Positions 27,484 through 32,000 of a stretch of 32,000 nt of DNA are shown here, piece by piece. The first letter of the stretch is position 1. Every line of letters begins with the position of its first letter. The position numbers and the translations under genes are program-made. This DNA is from Candidatus Babelota bacterium. Lineage in GTDB: Bacteria > Babelota > Babeliae > Babelales > Vermiphilaceae. The stretch covers positions 180,001 to 212,000 of the forward strand of contig JBDHVY010000001.1 of the NCBI GenBank assembly GCA_039809905.1. Reading direction: 5' to 3'. The notes under the pieces were generated by a model. The model had not been told where the DNA came from, did no database searches, and saw only the letters and a program-made list of their open reading frames with translations.

Positions 27484-29229
27484 ATGAAATACAATCTCTT
27501 TACAAAAATATGGCCATTATTAATTGGGATTGTCACTATTAACACTACGCATGTGTATGGAGCTGAAAAACCAGCCGCTACAAAACTAACTGCCAGTCAA
27601 CGGCTACAAAAGGTCAGTACCTTTTTACAAAAATCATCATCATATACACCAGAAGAACTCGGCCTTCATGCTCACCCATTTTTAGAAAACCTCTCTCAGC
27701 TTAATAACACATGTACATCATCTGCAGATCCTATATTATTCCCAGCATTTCAAAGAACTCTTAAAAAGCATAAACCGGTTTTTACAGAGGCGTTTGAGAA
27801 GGCTCTTTATCATACAGAACAGTTACTAGAGCCAAGAGATGCTCAGCAATATTCCTTATGCTATTTAGATATTATACAAAACACATATACTGATAATTTG
27901 AAAAAAGACCCTATACCCTTAACCATAGAAAAACACTTACCTCTTGGTAAACGTCTTACTCTCTTTTTAAATCGAAAAGGAAATAATCCTGCTAAATGGA
28001 GTCAAAACAATGGTGATTATGCTATAGAATGCATTGCAAGTATTAAGCAAATAATAGGTGAGGTTGCTCTTACTAAAGATTTGTTGACAACCTATCATTA
28101 TAAAGATTTGTTAACAACTTATCATTCTTATTTACAACATATTCACAATGTCTCTGAAAATACTACTTTACTCATCCAAAAAATAAAAACCTATCAAGAG
28201 AATATACTTTCCGTAACAGAAAGAATAACAGGCAGTCAATTAGATTTTCAATTCGCGAATCAAATCAAATGTATTCGAGAAAAATATAATGAAGTTGCCA
28301 AAAAATTTGGACTTACCCAATTAGCAGCAGGGGAACAAATAACAGAAAAAACTTTACCAAAATCTACTAATTCAGAGGAACAACAACAACTGCTACCAGT
28401 GACTTCTCAACAAAATGATACTCCAATAACTTATTCATGCATTGGTACCGAGTCTTTAATAGACTCGCAAGATACTGCCACATCACAAACTTCAGCATCA
28501 CAAATGAAAGATCTATCTGCTCCACTAGTCGCAACTCTTTTGCCTGATGATGAATTGAATACAAAGCGTAAAATTTTGCAAGACAATATTAATGAACTTA
28601 ATGAAAAAATAGCTACTAGTTATACCAAAAAAAATTTGGCACCCATATTAGAAGATATAAATAATAACATTGCTATAGCTAGCCCTATCCACATATGGAA
28701 AAAAGATCGATTATACACCAAAATAGGCTATCAACCGGAATCAAACCCTGAAGCAATGCTGTCTATGTTGAGGCAATGTTATTGGTATCCAGGTCCACTC
28801 AAAAGTACTACTATTAAAAAATTTCAACCAAGCGGCCCCAATGATCTAACAGATGCTATCTTGCGCATTAATAAATTTTTTATGAACGGGTGTCCCAATA
28901 TACAAACCGAACAATTTATACTCGATGTTATTGCATTGAATAATTTGCAATTGAATATACTTCAACATACTACAAGACACGATAAATGCCGGGTTGCCAT
29001 TGTAAAAAATGAATATTTTCAAGATATCTGCTCTTTTATAAAAAATGGATTTGATTTTACAGAAAAAGACAAATTTGTAAAGGCATTTAACAACCTCAAC
29101 AATAAATTTAATCCACAACCATCCGTTTTTTATGCACTGTACAAATCCATAATAAATTCATCTGCAGCAAACAATTTTTGGAAGGTCATCCAATTGTTTA
29201 AATTTTGGCAATGGCATAGATTCTGGTAA
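27484..29229 (+). CDS. Exported hypothetical helical protein (581 aa)
   Basis: Signal peptide-like MKYNLFTKIWPLLIGIVTINTTHVYGAE; mostly helical with long stretches of coiled-coil-like composition; no recognised family. Confidence 0.7.
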   Translation: MKYNLFTKIWPLLIGIVTINTTHVYGAEKPAATKLTASQRLQKVSTFLQKSSSYTPEELGLHAHPFLENLSQLNNTCTSSADPILFPAFQRTLKKHKPVFTEAFEKALYHTEQLLEPRDAQQYSLCYLDIIQNTYTDNLKKDPIPLTIEKHLPLGKRLTLFLNRKGNNPAKWSQNNGDYAIECIASIKQIIGEVALTKDLLTTYHYKDLLTTYHSYLQHIHNVSENTTLLIQKIKTYQENILSVTERITGSQLDFQFANQIKCIREKYNEVAKKFGLTQLAAGEQITEKTLPKSTNSEEQQQLLPVTSQQNDTPITYSCIGTESLIDSQDTATSQTSASQMKDLSAPLVATLLPDDELNTKRKILQDNINELNEKIATSYTKKNLAPILEDINNNIAIASPIHIWKKDRLYTKIGYQPESNPEAMLSMLRQCYWYPGPLKSTTIKKFQPSGPNDLTDAILRINKFFMNGCPNIQTEQFILDVIALNNLQLNILQHTTRHDKCRVAIVKNEYFQDICSFIKNGFDFTEKDKFVKAFNNLNNKFNPQPSVFYALYKSIINSSAANNFWKVIQLFKFWQWHRFW

Positions 29230-29234
29230 AATCT

Positions 29235-30245
29235 CTATTTTAATTTGGTACTGATTAAAAAATCCTTCATACGCATGCTATATCCCCATTCATTATCGTA
29301 CCATCCAAAGATTTGCGCCATGTTGCCATTAACATTGGTTAATAACCCATCAATAATCACGGAGTTATCATTTCCACTAAAATCGGATGAAACAAGTGGT
29401 TCCATAGTAAGCGCTAAAATATTTTTCATGTTTGTTTGTGATGCATGAGTAAATGCTTCATGAATTGATGAAACTGATAAATCTTTTTTAGCTGCAAAAA
29501 CAAAATCTATCAGCGATACTTTTCCTACAGGAACTCGCATAGCACCTACTGATATTTTTTTATCTAAATGAGGAAATATTTTCCCCAGCATACTCGATGC
29601 TCCTGATGATGCAGGAATAATATTAAGTGCAGCTGCACGGGAAAAACGTAAATCTTTTGCATCAACATCAAGCAATACCTGCGAATTAGTATATGCATGT
29701 GTTGTAGTCATAAACCCTTGCACAATACCAAATGCATCATCAAGCACTTTAACTGTTGTCATAAAGGCATTAGTAGTACAACTACCCAAAGAGACAATAG
29801 TATGTTTTTTTGCATCGAACAAATGTTGGTTGACTCCAGGAATAATAGCAATATCTTCATCATGCGCTGGTGCAGAAATTAAAACACGCTGAGCTCCTGC
29901 TGCAATATGTTTTTCTGCTCCTTGGCGATGAGTAAATTTTCCGGTACAATCAACTACCCAATCTATTTCAAGATTTTTCCATGGTAACTTTTCTGGGTCC
30001 AGTTCGGCAACAACAGCAATGCTCTGCCCATCAATAATTAATTCATTATTGGTAATGCGTACATCACCTGAAAAAGTTCCCATTAATGTATCATACTTAA
30101 ACATATGCGCCGTAGTTTCAGGTTGCGAATTACCAATGTTAATAGCAACAATACGCATATCTTTGCTCATGTTTTTATCTTGTAACATACAACGCAAAAA
30201 AGTACGTCCAATTCGTCCAAATCCATTAATAGCAATACGCATCAT
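29235..30245 (-). CDS. gap: Glyceraldehyde-3-phosphate dehydrogenase
   Basis: RIAINGFGRIGRTFLR, SLGSCTTNAF, HAYTNSQ, AAALNIIPASSGA, VGAMRVPVGKVSLIDFV, WYDNEWGYSMRMKDF. Confidence 0.95.
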   Translation of the reverse strand: MMRIAINGFGRIGRTFLRCMLQDKNMSKDMRIVAINIGNSQPETTAHMFKYDTLMGTFSGDVRITNNELIIDGQSIAVVAELDPEKLPWKNLEIDWVVDCTGKFTHRQGAEKHIAAGAQRVLISAPAHDEDIAIIPGVNQHLFDAKKHTIVSLGSCTTNAFMTTVKVLDDAFGIVQGFMTTTHAYTNSQVLLDVDAKDLRFSRAAALNIIPASSGASSMLGKIFPHLDKKISVGAMRVPVGKVSLIDFVFAAKKDLSVSSIHEAFTHASQTNMKNILALTMEPLVSSDFSGNDNSVIIDGLLTNVNGNMAQIFGWYDNEWGYSMRMKDFLISTKLK

Positions 30246-30259
30246 TCATCACTCCCGTT

Positions 30260-31108
30260 TTACCACTCTCTTACTTTATTCAAAATAGCCAACTCATCTT
30301 CCACCGATAACTCAGGTAGCTCTAACAATACTGGTATATTATGTAATTGCGGATGCGTTATAAAATGCTTCAGTGCCATTTCACCAATTCTACCTTTACC
30401 AATAATACTGTGCCGATCAATATGAGATCCTAATGTTTCAGCAGTATCATTTAAATGTATAAGCATAATACGTTCAATACCAATGGTTCCATCCAATAAG
30501 GCAATAAATTTTTCCTGTTCATCAATATCTGCAACATTGTAACCAAATGAATATGCATGAGCTGTATCAATACAAAAATTAATGCGTTCGGGCTTATCTA
30601 TTTTTTCAAGTAATACCTTAAAATCATGTATATCACTTCCGATTGCTAAATTACCATGACACCCATTTTCTAAAATAACGCTAATATCTCGTTCAAGATT
30701 AAACAGCATATTAAGAGATGTTGCTAATGCATCAATTCCCTGCATTTTATTTTGTGCACCTTTTGCTGTTCCTGCATGCAATACAAAATGGTTAAATTCA
30801 AGTCGCTTAGCAAATGTAATTTCACGTCGTAATTGCGCAAACCCATTACTACTTAAACTTGATAAATTAACCCAATACGAAACATGACACAAAAGATCTT
30901 TAAATCGTGTCCGACGAATACGTAAAAAATGATCTATGTCTTGATTGCTAACACTGATCAATTTACCTAATTCTTGAGAAACAAAAAAACATTGAAAAAA
31001 AGGCAGACTTAAAGCATCTGCCCTATCCAATAGTTCTTTGAGTGAAGAGCGCATACGAATATGCGTACCGATTCTGTTAGACCTCATAATATCTTTCATG
31101 CGTAGCAC
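30260..31108 (-). CDS. nfo: Endonuclease IV (AP endonuclease family 2)
   Basis: RIGTHIRMRSSLKELLDRA, NHFVLHAGTAKG, INFCIDTAHAYSFGY, MLIHLNDTAETLGSHIDRHSIIGKGRIG, PVLLELP. Confidence 0.88.
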   Translation of the reverse strand: MLRMKDIMRSNRIGTHIRMRSSLKELLDRADALSLPFFQCFFVSQELGKLISVSNQDIDHFLRIRRTRFKDLLCHVSYWVNLSSLSSNGFAQLRREITFAKRLEFNHFVLHAGTAKGAQNKMQGIDALATSLNMLFNLERDISVILENGCHGNLAIGSDIHDFKVLLEKIDKPERINFCIDTAHAYSFGYNVADIDEQEKFIALLDGTIGIERIMLIHLNDTAETLGSHIDRHSIIGKGRIGEMALKHFITHPQLHNIPVLLELPELSVEDELAILNKVREW

Positions 31109-31113
31109 ATTTA

Positions 31114-32000
31114 CTACTGCAATTGATCACGTAAATATTCGTCATCAAAATATCGTGATAATACTCCAATAAAATCTTCTTTAATGCGATGTAAATCAGA
31201 TTCAGTATTTGCTTCAAGACGAATAGAAAGCACTGGTTGTGTATTTGATGCTCGAATAATCCCCCAACCATAGTCAGTTGTTACTCGTACTCCATCAATT
31301 GCTAAAATCTTCACATTTTTTTTCTGATAAAATAAATTTTTCATCTCTTGCACCATAGCATATTTATTTTCTTCATCACATGGCAAGCGATATTCTGGTG
31401 AAGTAACCTTTTTAGGAAATACTGTTAATAGTTCTCGTAAACTCTTTTTTGATTGTATCAATAATTCAAACAATCTAAACATCGCATAAATACCATCATC
31501 ATATCCAAAATGCCGATCTTTAAAAAAGAAATGACAACTTGTCTCTCCCGCAAGTAATGCATTATGCGTATGCATATTTTCTTCTATAATTGAATGTCCA
31601 ACAGGAGTCACAATTGTTCTTGCACCCCATTGTTCTAACACTTCAGTCAATCCTTCAGAACACACAACATTATACACAACGCACATACCAGGATGTTTTT
31701 TGATCATTGGTTCAGCAAAAAGAGCGATTAATTTATCACCCGAAACTAACTGCCCTTCTTTTGTCATTGCACCCATACGATCAGCATCTCCATCAAAACC
31801 AATCCCAACAACCGCTTCACTGCTGCACAGCGCTTCCTTCACATCTTGCATATTTTTAGCCACGGTAGGATCTGCAATATGTTTAGCTGATGCAAAATCA
31901 GGATCACAACATAATAAGTGCATATTATTCCACCCCATTGCTGCAACAATCTCAGGAATTACGACTGAAGCTGAACCATTACCACAATCAATTATCGCCG
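31114..32000 (-). CDS. Phosphomannomutase/phosphoglucomutase family protein (5' partial, runs off right edge)
   Basis: Metal-binding loop GIGFDGDADRMG and GETSCHFFFKDRHFGYDDGIYAMFRLFELL. The frame is open upstream of the listed start to the window edge, reading AIIDCGNGSASVVIPEIVAAMGW. Confidence 0.92.
   Translation of the reverse strand, partial: AIIDCGNGSASVVIPEIVAAMGWNNMHLLCCDPDFASAKHIADPTVAKNMQDVKEALCSSEAVVGIGFDGDADRMGAMTKEGQLVSGDKLIALFAEPMIKKHPGMCVVYNVVCSEGLTEVLEQWGARTIVTPVGHSIIEENMHTHNALLAGETSCHFFFKDRHFGYDDGIYAMFRLFELLIQSKKSLRELLTVFPKKVTSPEYRLPCDEENKYAMVQEMKNLFYQKKNVKILAIDGVRVTTDYGWGIIRASNTQPVLSIRLEANTESDLHRIKEDFIGVLSRYFDDEYLRDQLQ

Noticed and set aside
1-32000. CRISPR array, transposase, integrase or prophage genes
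   Set aside because: No regularly spaced direct repeats and no recognisable Cas, transposase, integrase or phage structural proteins in the supplied frames.

Overview
This is an AT-rich bacterial chromosome segment. It mixes well-recognised housekeeping genes (plsY, an archaeal/eukaryal-type ATP-dependent DNA ligase, M48 peptidase, DUF58, serS, HU, tatD, ABC transporters, SpoIID-like, RNase HI, C4 zinc-ribbon coiled-coil protein, tRNA-CAU, GAPDH, endonuclease IV, a phosphohexomutase fragment) with many exported, poorly conserved proteins. The exported set covers a macro-like protein, a beta-propeller, a 1554-aa TPR/Sel1 protein, a CxxC protein and coiled-coil proteins. Ankyrin, TPR and exported proteins suggest a host-associated lineage, possibly Dependentiae/TM6; that assignment is inference only. 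The main observations are: (1) an ankyrin-repeat ORF, open through the left window edge, with a RelE/ParE-like toxin domain at its C terminus, convergent with an exported macro-domain-like protein; (2) five copies of a short hairpin element, sense-oriented consensus about T(A)AACCCC-arm-loop-arm-GGGGACCCC, all in the same orientation relative to the gene ending there, twice starting at the stop codon and once encoding the C terminus of a permease; (3) an RNase HI with an N-terminal QLDIF motif resembling a sliding-clamp-binding peptide; (4) an intrinsic terminator in the leader of an ABC operon; (5) a 66-codon open frame lacking a canonical start after an exporter gene. No CRISPR array, rRNA, transposase or prophage was found.
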